From: a bacterium
Lineage (GTDB): Bacteria; UBA8248
Reading direction: 5' to 3'
Assembly: GCA_965218885.1 (NCBI GenBank)
Contig: OZ244713.1
Span: 3,030,625-3,094,624, forward strand
DNA: 64,000 nt
Position numbers and translations under genes: made by a program
Notes under the pieces: generated by a model
What the model saw: the letters and a program-made list of their open reading frames with translations, nothing else
The model's database searches: none
What the model was told of the DNA's origin: nothing
Shown here: positions 39,688-50,734 of the stretch, piece after piece
Numbering within the stretch: position 1 is the first letter of the stretch
Layout: the number at the start of each line of letters is the position of its first letter

Positions 39688-41223
39688 CTACTTCTTCACG
39701 ACGATCTCCCAGGGGTGGAGTTGCTCGTCGTGACGGGCGGTGAACTCGATCCGCTTGCTGACGCCGAAGATGTCGTGGAGCCGGTAAAGGGGCTTGTGGG
39801 TAGCCAGCTCCTTCATCATGTCGGAAACCTTCTCGAAGGCAGCTTGCTGCTTCTTCAGGTCCTCGGTCGCGAGCGCCTTGTCGATTGCCTCGTCGAGCTC
39901 CTTGAAGCAGGCGCCGCTCCAGGCCCCCCGGCAACTGGTGGTGCCGCGGAGGATGGTGCTGTTCTCGCCGCTCGAGTTCCCGAAGGAGAGGAAGTACATG
40001 GCGGGCGTCTTGTTCTTCCCCGTGACGTATGTGTTGAAGCTTCTGCGGTAGAGAGCGAAAGGCTGCGCGAGGCATCGGGTATTGATCTTGACCTTCGTGA
40101 GCATCGAGGCCGCGGCTTCGCAACTCTCCTTGTCGAAGGGAGAGTTTCCGTGCGGGCTGATGAGGTCAGCTTGAAAGCCCTTCTCGTAGCCTGCTTCCTT
40201 CATGAGCTGCCGGGCCTTCGCGAGATTGAAGCCGTACCACCGCTTCTTCGGGTTGTAGCCAAACTGGGTCCAGGGATGGAAAATTTGGTGGGCCGGCTCG
40301 GCGTAGCCCTCAAGGAAGGTCTTGTACATCGACTCGGCGTTCAGGGCATAGTTCGCGGCCTTGCGCACCCGAACGTCCGCGAAGGCCCCCCCGTGCGTGG
40401 TGAAGAAGCCGATGTAGGCGATTCGCACGGAGGACTTGGAGGATACGTACAGCTTGGGGTCCTTCTCGATTTCTGGGATGAAGTGGGGGAGCACCTTATG
40501 TGAAATGTCTATCTCGCCCGCCTGAAGAGCCTTCACGCGCGTGGTGGCCTCCACGATGGGGCGCATGATGACCCGCTGCGGCCGGTTGGGGAACCGGTCG
40601 TGCGCCCACCAGGTGTCGTTTGCCTCAAACTCGAATCGCTGGCCTTTGGTCCAGCGTTTGAGGATGTAGGGGCCACCGGCGATGAGATCGCGGGAGATCT
40701 CGGGCAGGCTCCTGCCCTTGTTCTTCAGGGAGATGGCGTGGCCCCAGGTCGTGAGGCGCGGGATGAGGCCGTTGTCGGGCACCTTCATGCGGAAGACGAA
40801 CTCGCGCTCGTTGAGAACGTCGATCCCGTCGAAGTCCTTCCAATAGGACCGTTGATAGCTCCTGTTGGCGGGGTCCACGATCCGCTCGAAGGAGTATTTG
40901 ATGGATGCGGAGTCGATCGGCGTGCCGTCCCGGAACTTCATGCCTTTTCGGAGGGTGAATTTTGTCCGCTTCGAATCCAGCCGTTCATATTTCTCGGCCA
41001 GCCAGGGGATGATTTTCCCCGTTTTAGTGTCGGAGATGACGAGCTTGTCCGCGTGCCAAGGCCAAACCATGGCCCCGATGAAGCTGGAGTAGACGTGGGG
41101 GTCCATGGTCTCCGGCTCGCCGTTAATGGCGATGGTGATGGTGCCCCGAGCAGCATGGGCCGGAGTGAGGGAGATGAGCACGGCGGCCACTAGTAAAGCG
41201 ATTGCGAGCAAGGATTTGCGCAT
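39688..41223 (-). CDS. ABC transporter substrate-binding protein (family 5)
   Basis: Signal peptide, TMDPH, FTLRKGMKFRDG, DVRVRKAANYA. Confidence 0.92.
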   Translation of the reverse strand: MRKSLLAIALLVAAVLISLTPAHAARGTITIAINGEPETMDPHVYSSFIGAMVWPWHADKLVISDTKTGKIIPWLAEKYERLDSKRTKFTLRKGMKFRDGTPIDSASIKYSFERIVDPANRSYQRSYWKDFDGIDVLNEREFVFRMKVPDNGLIPRLTTWGHAISLKNKGRSLPEISRDLIAGGPYILKRWTKGQRFEFEANDTWWAHDRFPNRPQRVIMRPIVEATTRVKALQAGEIDISHKVLPHFIPEIEKDPKLYVSSKSSVRIAYIGFFTTHGGAFADVRVRKAANYALNAESMYKTFLEGYAEPAHQIFHPWTQFGYNPKKRWYGFNLAKARQLMKEAGYEKGFQADLISPHGNSPFDKESCEAAASMLTKVKINTRCLAQPFALYRRSFNTYVTGKNKTPAMYFLSFGNSSGENSTILRGTTSCRGAWSGACFKELDEAIDKALATEDLKKQQAAFEKVSDMMKELATHKPLYRLHDIFGVSKRIEFTARHDEQLHPWEIVVKK

Positions 41224-41504
41224 GGCTTAGTCCCTTTCTTCTTCGCGGACTCGCCCTCCCAATGGAGGGCTCTTCCGACGGCGTGAAGGCAACTCCTGAG
41301 ATGAGAACCGCTGGCAGAATGTCCTTTTCATCTAGGGGAATTGCATGCGAACTTTCGTGGTGGCAACCCTCTCCTCGGCCTTTGAACCGAAGCACCCCCC
41401 CGTCGGGGGCTCGGGCCTGGTTCATATCCACCCGGGAAGGCACGCTATCTAGCAGCGTTGCGTAGAATGGGCTCCATATCTAAATATATCATATAGGATT
41501 CTCT

Positions 41505-41546
41505 GTGCCAACCCCCTTTTGGTGATGTGCAAAAGGGGGTTGGCAC
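41505..41546. repeat. Perfect 17-bp hairpin (REP-like)
   Basis: GTGCCAACCCCCTTTTG-N8-CAAAAGGGGGTTGGCAC. Confidence 0.85.
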
Positions 41547-41598
41547 TTTATGAAATAAAATGAAACAATCAATGTCTCTTCAAGTAGAGGAGCGAAAA

Positions 41599-41825
41599 AT
41601 GGCTGCAGGATCGGAGGGACAAAAAAGACCTGGCGACGCGGTAGATTGCGTCGTTAAGGTAGCGAGGATCGCAACAGGTGAAATCACCGAGTCTCAACCC
41701 CCAGCCAGATAATCGCCCGCAAGGACGGCAAGGCGCGGTCAGACAAACTCTCACCAGAAAGACGAAAAGAAATTGCGCAAATCGGAGAGAAGGTGCGCTG
41801 GAAGAAACGCAACGCGGCAGTTTGA
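41599..41825 (+). pseudogene. Frameshifted small basic protein (KRPxD...IATGE / GKAR..LSPERRKEIA..RW type)
   Basis: The two halves lie in different frames, with a stop after ESQPPAR. Confidence 0.6.
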
Positions 41826-41838
41826 AATTCCCTCATAA

Positions 41839-41860
41839 AATTTCAAGCTGAGACACTACC
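41839..41860. mobile_element. Isolated IS1-family-like terminal inverted repeat
   Basis: Reverse complement GGTAGTGTCTCAGCTTGAAATT; GC content shifts at this point. Confidence 0.5.
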
Positions 41861-42033
41861 CAGCGATAAGCGCAGAAAACCTGGGATGTGGCGCCTTCGC
41901 GCGGCTCCGGAGGCGGCGCGTTGACGGGAGGGGTTGGATGGGGGAGAATTTGGGAAATTTCTTGAAATTGCGGAAGTTTTTAGCACTTCCACGAGTCCAC
42001 GACAAGCGAACCGCGATCCCCAGAGGCGAGTAG

Positions 42034-42975
42034 ATGCGCGTCTATATCATTCGGCGATGCCTGCAGGCCATCATCGTCATGCAGATCGTCCTCCTCATCG
42101 TCTTCCTCATGCTGTATCTGACGGGGGACCCGGCGGCGATGCTGATGCCGATCGACGCCGCGCAGGAGGACCTCGACCAGTTCCGCAAGATGATGGGCTT
42201 CGATCAGCCCTTCCACGTTCAGTACTACCGCTTCCTCTTCGGGCACGGCCGGACCCACGGGGTGCTGCGGGGCGACTTCGGCTTTTCCTTCCGCCACGAG
42301 CTACCCGCGATGGCCCTCGTGCTGCAGCATTTCCCGGCGACGCTCCAGCTTGCCTTCGCCTCGCTCTTCATCGCGCTGATCATCGGAATTCCGACCGGGT
42401 TGCTCTCAGCCACGTTCCGCGGGACATGGATCGATCACGTGAGCACCGTGGGTGGGACGATCGGCCAGTCGATGCCGGACTTCTGGCTGGGCCTGATGTT
42501 GATCATACTCTTCGCGGCGCGCCTCCGGTGGCTACCCACCTCGGGCTACGAGGGGCCCGAGTACATCGTTCTGCCAGCAATCACTGCGGGCACCTACGCC
42601 ACGGCGCGGTTCATGCGCCTGATGCGCTCGGGTATGCTCGAGGTCCTGCGGATGGACTACATCCGCACGGCTCGGTCCAAGGGGGTGGATGAGACCCGCG
42701 TGGTCCTATACCACTCCCTCAAGAACGCCTCCATCCCGGCGGTGACGCTGGTGGGCCTCGAATTGGGGATCCTGCTCGGCGGAACCGTCGTCATCGAGAC
42801 GGTCTTCGCCTGGCCCGGTGTGGGTTTCCTGGTGGTGGACGCAATCAACCACCTGGACTACCCGGTGGTGCAGGCCGCGGTGACGCTCCTGGCTTTCCTG
42901 TTCGTTCTCGTGAACCTTGTGGTGGACATTCTCTACGCCTGGCTCGATCCCCGCATCTCCTACGCCAACGCCTAG
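42034..42975 (+). CDS. ABC transporter permease (DppB-like)
   Basis: GDPAA, GDFGFS, DYIRTARSKG, ETVFAWPGVG, LDPRI. Confidence 0.94.
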   Translation: MRVYIIRRCLQAIIVMQIVLLIVFLMLYLTGDPAAMLMPIDAAQEDLDQFRKMMGFDQPFHVQYYRFLFGHGRTHGVLRGDFGFSFRHELPAMALVLQHFPATLQLAFASLFIALIIGIPTGLLSATFRGTWIDHVSTVGGTIGQSMPDFWLGLMLIILFAARLRWLPTSGYEGPEYIVLPAITAGTYATARFMRLMRSGMLEVLRMDYIRTARSKGVDETRVVLYHSLKNASIPAVTLVGLELGILLGGTVVIETVFAWPGVGFLVVDAINHLDYPVVQAAVTLLAFLFVLVNLVVDILYAWLDPRISYANA

Positions 42976-43011
42976 CGGGGAGCGCCGGCGAAGAGGACCG
43001 GGAGGGAAGAC

Positions 43012-43944
43012 ATGGCACTGGATCAGGAGGCCGCGATGGCCAACCCGGAGGGGACGTCGGATATTGATGAGAGGGGGCCGTCGGATTTTCGCTTGGCCAT
43101 GCGCGAGCTTGGCCGCAGGCCCCCCGCCATCTTCGGTCTCTTCTGCGTGGTCATTGTGATATTCTGGGCGCTCGTTCCGCAACTCTCCTCCCCGCTGGAC
43201 CCCGTGGACCAGAACCTGGCGCGCTATTTGAAGCCGCCCGGCTTCACGGACGCCGCGGGAAACGTCTATTGGTTCGGCACCGACCAGCAGGGGCGCGACA
43301 TCCTCAGCCGCGTCATCTGGGGCTCGCGCATCTCCCTCTTCGTGGGGTTGACCACCGTGGTTCTGAGCGGGGCGATCGGGATCACGCTGGGGCTCATCGC
43401 GGGCTACTTCGGGGGGTTCATAGACACCGTGATCAACCGCTTCGTTGACACCGCCCTGGCCATCCCCTTCATCCTGCTGGCCATGACCATCGTCGCGATC
43501 CTGGGGCCGAGCCTCCAGAACGTCATCCTCGCCATCGCGCTCAGAACCTGGATCGTCTACGCGCGGGTGGTCCGGGGGGAGGTGCTCTCCCTCAAAGAGA
43601 ACGATTACGTGATGGCGGCCAAGGCGGTCGCCTGCCCGACGTGGCGGATACTCGCACTGTACCTGCTGCCGAACGTTATGTCCTCCTCCATCGTGATCGC
43701 CACCCTCTACCTCGGCCGGATGATCATCATCGAATCAGCCCTGTCATTCCTGGGGCTCGGCGTTCCGCCGCCGACGCCGACCTGGGGCGGCATGCTCTCC
43801 GACGGGCGGGTGTTCCTGGAGAGGGCCTGGTGGGTCGCCTTCTTCCCCGGCTTCACCCTCATGCTGACCGTGCTGGGCGTGAATCTCCTGGGGGATTGGT
43901 TGCGCGATGTGCTCGACCCGCGACTCAAGCGGCTGGTGGACTAG
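43012..43944 (+). CDS. ABC transporter permease (DppC-like)
   Basis: FGTDQQGRD, ARVVRGEVL, ESALSFLGLG, LGDWLRD. Confidence 0.94.
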   Translation: MALDQEAAMANPEGTSDIDERGPSDFRLAMRELGRRPPAIFGLFCVVIVIFWALVPQLSSPLDPVDQNLARYLKPPGFTDAAGNVYWFGTDQQGRDILSRVIWGSRISLFVGLTTVVLSGAIGITLGLIAGYFGGFIDTVINRFVDTALAIPFILLAMTIVAILGPSLQNVILAIALRTWIVYARVVRGEVLSLKENDYVMAAKAVACPTWRILALYLLPNVMSSSIVIATLYLGRMIIIESALSFLGLGVPPPTPTWGGMLSDGRVFLERAWWVAFFPGFTLMLTVLGVNLLGDWLRDVLDPRLKRLVD

Positions 43945-43993
43945 ACATCGCGGAGAAAAAGCGCTTCGCGCGGCTCCCTTTCCTTTGGAATCC

Positions 43994-44440
43994 CTACTTC
44001 CAGCGATGAAGGCTGCCCCAACGCCAATCCTCGGCTCGTTCCACCAAATTGGCGCACAGGGCATTCCGTTCCACATAACGGCAAACGGTGCGGAAGTGCT
44101 CGTCATCCTGCGCCGGAAACGACTGGAACCGGCCTTGATACAGGTGTCCGCTGCCGCTGCTGTGACGGTGAGCACGCCAACGTTGCGTGTGTGTCAGCGT
44201 CAACCAGCCCGTAAACCGATACAGTCCGCCGTCTTCCCGCGGCCACATCACCAAATTCCAATGATTCGGCAACACAAAAAAAGCCAACAGCCGCGTCTCG
44301 GTCCGTTCCACTGCCTCTTCCAGCACCCGCACAAAAGTCTCGTAGTCGCCCTATTTCTCAAAGATCCTCAACCGTGCGTTTGCACGATTGAGCACGTGGT
44401 GAACCAAGCCGCCATCGTCTGCTCGTTTTGGTCGTCCCAT
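43994..44440 (-). pseudogene. Y1/REP-associated tyrosine transposase (RAYT) pseudogene
   Basis: HVLNRAN, PNHWNL (HUH motif degraded), GHLYQGRF, RYVERN; in-frame TAG at 44351-44353. Confidence 0.85.
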
Positions 44441-44504
44441 CCCCATAACCTACCGAATCTCCACCACCCCATCAAGAAACAGTTCCTGGCACCGTTTCTT
44501 CTCC

Positions 44505-44720
44505 CATAACTGGGCTTCGGTTGCCGCCATGAACGGCGTCGATATGGTCACCATCGCCAAGCTGGTCGGCCATGCCCTGGTCGAGACCACCGAGCGTTAC
44601 GCCCATCTCTCCGATCAGTCGGTATCGGACGCCGCCGATCGGGTGTCGAACCGCATCCATGCCGCCCTGGCAGGGAAGGGCGCAAAGAGCAAGGGAGGGG
44701 CCGGTCATGCCCACGGTTGA
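44505..44720 (+). pseudogene. Tyrosine recombinase/integrase C-terminal fragment
   Basis: HNWASVAAMNG..IAKLVGH..TTERYAHL. Confidence 0.85.
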
Positions 44721-45129
44721 CGCGATAGCAATGACAGGCTCGTCGGTTTCCTCGGCGGTTATCTCGGCCAGGGTACCGTTGGGTCCGAGACAATGTCAGA
44801 TCGCAAACGGTCGCCAATTCCTCCCGTCTATCCGAGGCACGGGGGCGGCAATCACGCAGCTGAAAGAATTCGTCGGCGTGCGGCGACCAGCCGCATGCGG
44901 GACCCTAAAAAATTGATTTGCTTGACTTTTCCGGCCCCAGGGCTCATATTCTCGCCGCAGATTGTCTCGCGATAGCGCGAAGCGCCGCCCTCGGGCGGCG
45001 CCACGTCCCGGGAACAACAATCAAAAAATCTTCTCCTACTGGCCGCGCCCGGTAAGGGCGACACGCCAGGCATCGGCAGCGTCTATGACGTTTGCCGCGC
45101 GCGCCATATGGCGCATTAAGGATACCTAC

Positions 45130-45189
45130 GTGACTATTCGTAAATTCTCGGAACTCGGTTTGGCCGATCCGATACAGCGTGCGTTGACC
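45130..45189 (+). pseudogene. DEAD-box RNA helicase N-terminal remnant
   Basis: AAGGA RBS and (M)TIRKFSELGLADPIQRALT, the start of a Q motif, then loss of similarity. Confidence 0.55.
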
Positions 45190-45354
45190 GGCCGGCCCGG
45201 TAAAAACCGTCATCGCAGTCGATACGCGGAAGGCGGAGGAGCACCGCAGCCGGCGGCCTGAAGCTGTCGGCCTCGCCTCACTGTCGGGCCAGGGGGCATC
45301 TCGCCATAAATCACCGGCAAATCGAGGCTGAATCCTCGGTAGTCCCCGTCCGCA

Positions 45355-45620
45355 TCCCCCTTGCCGAAGCGCCGCCACGCACGCCGGGCGGGCGGCGCCT
45401 GCTCCGCCGTTACGGTCGCGAGTTCGATTCCCGCCGTTTCGATAAACGCATCGAGTTCCTCGCCCGCCGCCGCACCGCCTCTGCCCTCGACGAACATCGC
45501 CGCCTCGAGCAGCCCGACGACCGACATGCGGCACTCAGACGCCGCTATCGCCTTCTCGTAGCGCTCCGCATCCGGCTCGCCGAACAGGACGGCCAGAAGA
45601 TCCGATGTCAATCCCGACCG
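45355..45620 (-). pseudogene. VapC/PIN toxin pseudogene
   Basis: TSDLLAVLFGEPDA..ARRAWRRFGKG; damaged start and missing LNFGDC-type C-terminus. Confidence 0.8.
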
Positions 45621-45898
45621 AGGCGGGAGGGATTGCCGACTGAAATGGGCAATCCACGCTCGTCATAGAGCGCATCACCGTGCTCCACCGCCGAGGTTCC
45701 CGGCCCCACCAGCCCGGCGCAGCGCAGGCCGATGGCGTGAAGCTCCCGGGCCAGGGCGTCCGCATTGCGCCGGCGTTTTTCGCGCGCGAGGCGCTCGCGC
45801 AGCACGAGCGTGATGGCGCCCGTCTTACTCTCTCCCGTCAGGCGGGCGAGTTCGCCCGCAAGCCGGCAGGTTTCCTCGTTCTTGATGTTCAAGCCCAT
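45608..45898 (-). CDS. vapB: VapB antitoxin (Rv0623-like)
   Basis: LNIKNEET.RLA.ELARLTGESKTGAI...LYDERGLP. Confidence 0.85.
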   Translation of the reverse strand: MGLNIKNEETCRLAGELARLTGESKTGAITLVLRERLAREKRRRNADALARELHAIGLRCAGLVGPGTSAVEHGDALYDERGLPISVGNPSRLGRD

Positions 45899-46040
45899 CG
45901 TCTTATCCTCGGGTTTCAAGGGTAGAATGTATTTTTTACCCTGCGGCATTTCGGAGTGATGGGCAAGGGGGGATTTTGGGGCTGGGTATGGCGGGTAGCT
46001 TTGATTCCCCAACTAAAGAAACATTCAATTAGAGGTCTTG

Positions 46041-47840
46041 CTACAATTTCTGGTAGTAGTCTCTAATTTTAGCGGCCATGAGGCTTCTGCGCTTTTGCAG
46101 GAACTCATTATAATCCTCGACGCTTCTCGCCTCATCCATTCCATCGGGGATGCAATGCGCCGCGAGATTGGTGCGTAATTTGTCAGCGTCCGTTATGCCG
46201 CCAAGTCGTGTATCTTTGGTTTCACACTGTTTCCTTACTATGTGAAGGTAGGTTTCCGGTGGTTTGTCGCCGATGGCTATGTTGATCTCGCTCTGCATCA
46301 CGACATAGTTCGCAATCTGATTGTAGCGACTGGGCGGAAGACCTTTCTTCTCTTTCAGATAGTTCCGTGGGAAGACATGATGAATATGTGAAAGTCCTTC
46401 AAGGAGGTTCTGGACAGTAATGTCGCTTGAGAGAAAGCCTTTATCATTTGCTTTTACCTGGCTTGCCAGAAAGACGTTGAAGTAAGGACTGCTGGCGACC
46501 GACGTGTCCATTTGTTGCGGAAGCCCTACATTCCAGAAGGCGTCTGAAAGCTCCGCCCGCTCTATTTCGTCGAGGTATTGAGCCGCACCTTGGGCATCAA
46601 TCCGTTGAATGTCTCTGCCGAAAGCGGTTTCCGGCGAGGCGGTGTACCTTCTTGTCAGGACGGACATCACGAACCATCGACGCACGAGCATATGAATTTC
46701 GGCGGGATTAACCTTCTTGGCGCGCAATGTCAAGTAAAGAATATAAGCGAAATTGACGGTGTTCTGTGAGCGGATCATCGAGGCGCTCACGAATCCGGCC
46801 GAACGCAGAATCATGATGAATTGTTTGAAATTCGTCTCGTTCATGAAACGCAGAATCGCTTCTTCGAGCCTTTGAAAGGATTCCTCCGCGATGACTTCCT
46901 CATACGTGCGCGTCTCGAAGTTGCGACCGGAAAGCAGGGCGACCAAATCGTCCAGGCGCCCACGTTTGAATTCCGAGGTGAAGGCTACGCGAAGCATGTC
47001 GGTGTAGGAGGGATCGTAGAGGTCTTCTTTCTCGCGTTTCAGCCACTCCATCGCGCGAAAATAGTGTGTACCGACGAACTCCTTGTCCTTGGCCAAGTCG
47101 GTATATGACTCCGGCGCAATTGCCAAATGACAGAAATAGTCGATGCACTTGCGGAGTTGGTGTCCATCATATTGCTCGCTCGCGGCCATCTTGGACATGG
47201 CGAAATCCGCCGCATTCAATGTAACCCCTTGGGAATTGATGCGGACGAAAATCTCCGCGACGGTCTCCACGTCCAGATCGGAGTTCAAATCGATGAGTCC
47301 GAGGGAGTTATTTTGGATACTTTGAAGCCGCCCTATGCGCTCGAAGATATCGTCCTTGTCCGCCTCCGGGTTCTTCTCGCAGTAGGAGTCCACAACGCGA
47401 TTTAGCTTGGAGTCTGGTGCGAAGACGGTGGCAATGTCTTCAAGCCATGCACGATCCTTGCGAATGGCAGGGTTGGAAACCTCAAATTTCTCCTGAACTG
47501 GATGGAAAGCAATGTCAATGCGTCTATGCTGGTAGTTTTTATCAACGACTTGCTGCCCCAACAGGGCTGCGATTAGCGCCGTAACGCGCTGTTGTCCGTC
47601 TATGAGAATTCGTTTGCCGGTTGATTTACTGCCGTCTTTCAAACGGACGTCCGGGTTCTGCCAAGCGATGAGATATCCTACCGGATAACCGTGATAGAGC
47701 GAATCTATAAAATCGCGCACCTTCGCCGCGTTCCAGACAAAGGGACGCTGGATATCCGGAATGGCGATTTGATCGAACTTGATATTGGCCAGCAGTATCT
47801 GGATAGCATATTGGTTTAGAGTGAAGCGTTGAATAGGCAT
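46041..47840 (-). CDS. GmrSD-like (DUF262) modification-dependent restriction endonuclease
   Basis: [25 protein letters not shown]-terminal IHHVFP..N; lower GC. Confidence 0.85.
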   Translation of the reverse strand: MPIQRFTLNQYAIQILLANIKFDQIAIPDIQRPFVWNAAKVRDFIDSLYHGYPVGYLIAWQNPDVRLKDGSKSTGKRILIDGQQRVTALIAALLGQQVVDKNYQHRRIDIAFHPVQEKFEVSNPAIRKDRAWLEDIATVFAPDSKLNRVVDSYCEKNPEADKDDIFERIGRLQSIQNNSLGLIDLNSDLDVETVAEIFVRINSQGVTLNAADFAMSKMAASEQYDGHQLRKCIDYFCHLAIAPESYTDLAKDKEFVGTHYFRAMEWLKREKEDLYDPSYTDMLRVAFTSEFKRGRLDDLVALLSGRNFETRTYEEVIAEESFQRLEEAILRFMNETNFKQFIMILRSAGFVSASMIRSQNTVNFAYILYLTLRAKKVNPAEIHMLVRRWFVMSVLTRRYTASPETAFGRDIQRIDAQGAAQYLDEIERAELSDAFWNVGLPQQMDTSVASSPYFNVFLASQVKANDKGFLSSDITVQNLLEGLSHIHHVFPRNYLKEKKGLPPSRYNQIANYVVMQSEINIAIGDKPPETYLHIVRKQCETKDTRLGGITDADKLRTNLAAHCIPDGMDEARSVEDYNEFLQKRRSLMAAKIRDYYQKL

Positions 47841-47979
47841 AAAATCCTCTCACTGACTACCTGTTCCACAAAAAGTAATTGACGAAAACACTTGGTTTGG
47901 AGTCGTGCAGAGTCACTCTCAGTGTTGATCAAACCGCTCCGCAATATATTCCACCCACCAATCCCCGTCAAAATCCCCC

Positions 47980-49092
47980 CTAACCCCCCAATCCATACAA
48001 CTCCATCGCGTTGTCGCGCATGATGCGCGCGCGCAGTTCGGGGTCCAACTGGCGGGGCAGGGCGTGGACGGGCGAGTCGAAATCCCAGTGGGGGTAGTCG
48101 GTGGCGAACAGGAGAATTTTCTCGGCGTGCGCCATTTCGAATATCTGGACGAGATGCTCGTCTTTTTCGGGTTCTTCGATGGGCTGGCTCGTCACGCTGA
48201 AGTGTTCGTAAAAGTATTCGCTCGGCAGCTTCTTGAGCCAGGGGACTTCGGCGCGCATGCCCCTGTAGTTCTTGTCCAGCCGCCAGAGGAGCCCGGGAAT
48301 CCAGGAGAGGCCGCCTTCTATCAGGACGATTTTTAGTTTTGGGAAGAGTTCGAACACGCCCTCGCAGATGAAGCTTACGGCGTGGGTCATGAAGCACTGG
48401 CTCATGGCCGTGTGCCATTCGATGTAGTAGGTGGGCCAGCCCGACGCCGTGGGGGGCGGCGCGTTGCCTGCGCCCGAGCCGCCGAAATGGATACCGATGG
48501 GGAGTCCGCGTTCTTCCGCCGCCGCGTATATGGGGTGATATTTCCTCTGGCCGTAGGGGGCGTGCGAACCCGCCGGGAAGAGCACATGCGCCATGTCGGC
48601 GCGCTCGCCGACGCGCTTTATCTCGTCCACGGCGTGTTGGGGGTCCTGATGCGAAACGGTGATGGCCCCGCGCAGGCGGGCGTCTTTTTCCAGCCAGTGC
48701 TCGATGGTCCAGTCGTTATGCGCGCTTGCCAGGGCCGCGCCGAACTCGGGGATTCCCATGAAGGAGACGTTGTAGTACGCCCCGTTCAGCACCCCGTAGC
48801 TCACCCCGTAGGCGTCGAGCACCTGCTCCTGAAGCATCGAGAGGCTCGAACCCGCCGGGCCGTCCGGCGGTATCGCGTCTTTGCGCACCCCGCCGCCCGC
48901 CGTCTTGGGATAAGGGGCGTTCGGCAGTTTTGTATAGTCGGTTTCTTCGACGTAGTTTCGCCACTCGATCGGCAGATAGGGCTTGAGAGCGTCCAGGGAA
49001 GAGGGTACGTGGTGGATGTCGGAGTCCACCATGCCGAGGCTCGTCCCGGAGGCCGGCTGGGGCGTTTTCGCGGCTTGCGTGGTCGTGTTCAT
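47980..49092 (-). CDS. Amidohydrolase family 2 protein
   Basis: [26 protein letters not shown]. Confidence 0.92.
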   Translation of the reverse strand: MNTTTQAAKTPQPASGTSLGMVDSDIHHVPSSLDALKPYLPIEWRNYVEETDYTKLPNAPYPKTAGGGVRKDAIPPDGPAGSSLSMLQEQVLDAYGVSYGVLNGAYYNVSFMGIPEFGAALASAHNDWTIEHWLEKDARLRGAITVSHQDPQHAVDEIKRVGERADMAHVLFPAGSHAPYGQRKYHPIYAAAEERGLPIGIHFGGSGAGNAPPPTASGWPTYYIEWHTAMSQCFMTHAVSFICEGVFELFPKLKIVLIEGGLSWIPGLLWRLDKNYRGMRAEVPWLKKLPSEYFYEHFSVTSQPIEEPEKDEHLVQIFEMAHAEKILLFATDYPHWDFDSPVHALPRQLDPELRARIMRDNAMELYGLGG

Positions 49093-49154
49093 TATCGTTC
49101 CTCCATGCGATTTGTTTATATTTTAGCACGAGAAAACGAGAAGCGAAGGTTTCC

Positions 49155-49901
49155 TTAGACAAACAGAAGACGTATCGATCCGCCCAGGGCGATGCTCAGC
49201 ACGCACAGGTTGAACGTGCGCCCGCTCAGCCTCTCCTGCACCCATGCGCCGGCCTTGATGCCCAGCCACAGCACGGGCAGGCCGACCACGCTCGCCCAGA
49301 TGGTATCCATATTGACGACGGAAACCTGCCAGAAGGCGACCACCTTGATGGGGTTGAACACCGCATAGAGAGCCCATATCGTGCTCACCAGGGTGAATTT
49401 TTCCAGTCTCTGGCTGATAAGAACGGGGGTCAAGAAGATCGCCCCGCTGTTGGCGAGCGAGGAGCAAAGCCCGCTCATGACGCCGAAGCCCCCGCCCTGC
49501 CACGCGGGCATGGGGGGAATTTCAAAGGGCCTGCCCCTTATTTCCACGAGCGCCTGGTAGGAGGCGAGCGCGAAGCAGATGGCGCCGATCAGGATTTTCA
49601 GTCCCTCGCCCGGCAGCCAGGTGAGCAGCCAGACGCCGCAGGCGAGCCCGATGACGATTCCAGGCGCCAGGAGGAGCACGTAGCGCAGGTTCCACTTTCC
49701 CCAGAAATCGGGCGCCGCCCCCAGGCTCGACCAGCAACTGAAAAGCGCGATGAGGCCCAAGGAAAAAGTGGGCGAGAACGCGAAAATGAGAAAGGGCGTG
49801 ATAACCAGGCCCACGCCCGCCCCGAACGTGCGCACGAGAAAACCGTTGCAAAATGCCGCCGCGAGAACAAAGCCCCACTCGACCAGGGAGAAATCCGGCA
49901 T
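49155..49901 (-). CDS. Sulfite exporter TauE/SafE family protein
   Basis: FGAGVGLVITP, about eight TM helices. Confidence 0.8.
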   Translation of the reverse strand: MPDFSLVEWGFVLAAAFCNGFLVRTFGAGVGLVITPFLIFAFSPTFSLGLIALFSCWSSLGAAPDFWGKWNLRYVLLLAPGIVIGLACGVWLLTWLPGEGLKILIGAICFALASYQALVEIRGRPFEIPPMPAWQGGGFGVMSGLCSSLANSGAIFLTPVLISQRLEKFTLVSTIWALYAVFNPIKVVAFWQVSVVNMDTIWASVVGLPVLWLGIKAGAWVQERLSGRTFNLCVLSIALGGSIRLLFV

Positions 49902-49903
49902 CG

Positions 49904-50650
49904 CTAGCTCGACTCCAGGAGAAGGCGCAGGGCGGTGATGAGGGACAAGAGCAGGAGGATGAAAATGAATCCTTTCTGGGGGATTTGACGGAGCGTCTGC
50001 TTGCCGCACCAGCTTCCGACCCACGCCAGGGGAAAGGCGAGAGCGCCCGCCACGAGCATGGGCGTCTGCACGACGCCCCCGAACCACAGCGAGGCGACCT
50101 TGAATGGGTTCACCCAGAGCCATACGACGATAATGCTTGCCACTATAGCCGTTTTCGAAAGCCCCTGGCTGATGTAGAAAAGGCTCAATACGAGGCCTCC
50201 CGAGTGGAACATGGCGCTGATGATTCCGCCGCCTATGCCGATTCCCACCCCCGCCGGTGGACTGATGGGCGGCGGCTTGATATCTCCGCGCGCCTCGCGC
50301 CAGATGAGCAGCCCGGCGAAGAAGACGCAGGTGAGGCCGATTCCCTTTCTCAGCCAGTAATCGGGCAGGTTCACCAGCGCGTAGACGCCGATGATGATGC
50401 CGATGTAGAAGCCGGGCACCAGGAAGCGCAGAAAGCGGCTCTCCCACTGCTTCCAGAACATGGGGATGGCGAAAAAGTCCGTCACCCACATGATGACGGC
50501 CACGATGCCGATGATGAATTGCGTGGGCCAGAAGATGATCATGATCGGAACGAGAAAGATGCCGATCCCGGAGCTGAAAGTGGTTTTCAGAAAGCCGACG
50601 AAAAAAGCGGCGATCCCGACCGCTAGTAGCTCATGAGTCGAGTAGTCCAA
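49904..50650 (-). CDS. Sulfite exporter TauE/SafE family protein
   Basis: GFLKTTFSSGIG, SAMFHSGG, about eight TM helices. Confidence 0.8.
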   Translation of the reverse strand: MDYSTHELLAVGIAAFFVGFLKTTFSSGIGIFLVPIMIIFWPTQFIIGIVAVIMWVTDFFAIPMFWKQWESRFLRFLVPGFYIGIIIGVYALVNLPDYWLRKGIGLTCVFFAGLLIWREARGDIKPPPISPPAGVGIGIGGGIISAMFHSGGLVLSLFYISQGLSKTAIVASIIVVWLWVNPFKVASLWFGGVVQTPMLVAGALAFPLAWVGSWCGKQTLRQIPQKGFIFILLLLSLITALRLLLESS

Positions 50651-50734
50651 AATATCCTCTGCTTGCCTGTGATGAAACGAAGCGCCAGCTTAGCGGCTCA
50701 AAGGGACTGGAACAAGCGCCGGGGCGCGCCCGGC

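Noticed and set aside
45967-47980. 12-bp inverted repeat GGGGGGATTTTG / CAAAATCCCCCC flanking the GmrSD-like gene
   Set aside because: Short and low-complexity with no target duplication; could be chance
49155-50489. 444-aa ORF as a single fused protein
   Set aside because: The 5' extension overlaps the upstream TauE gene in another frame; the likely start is ATG 49901
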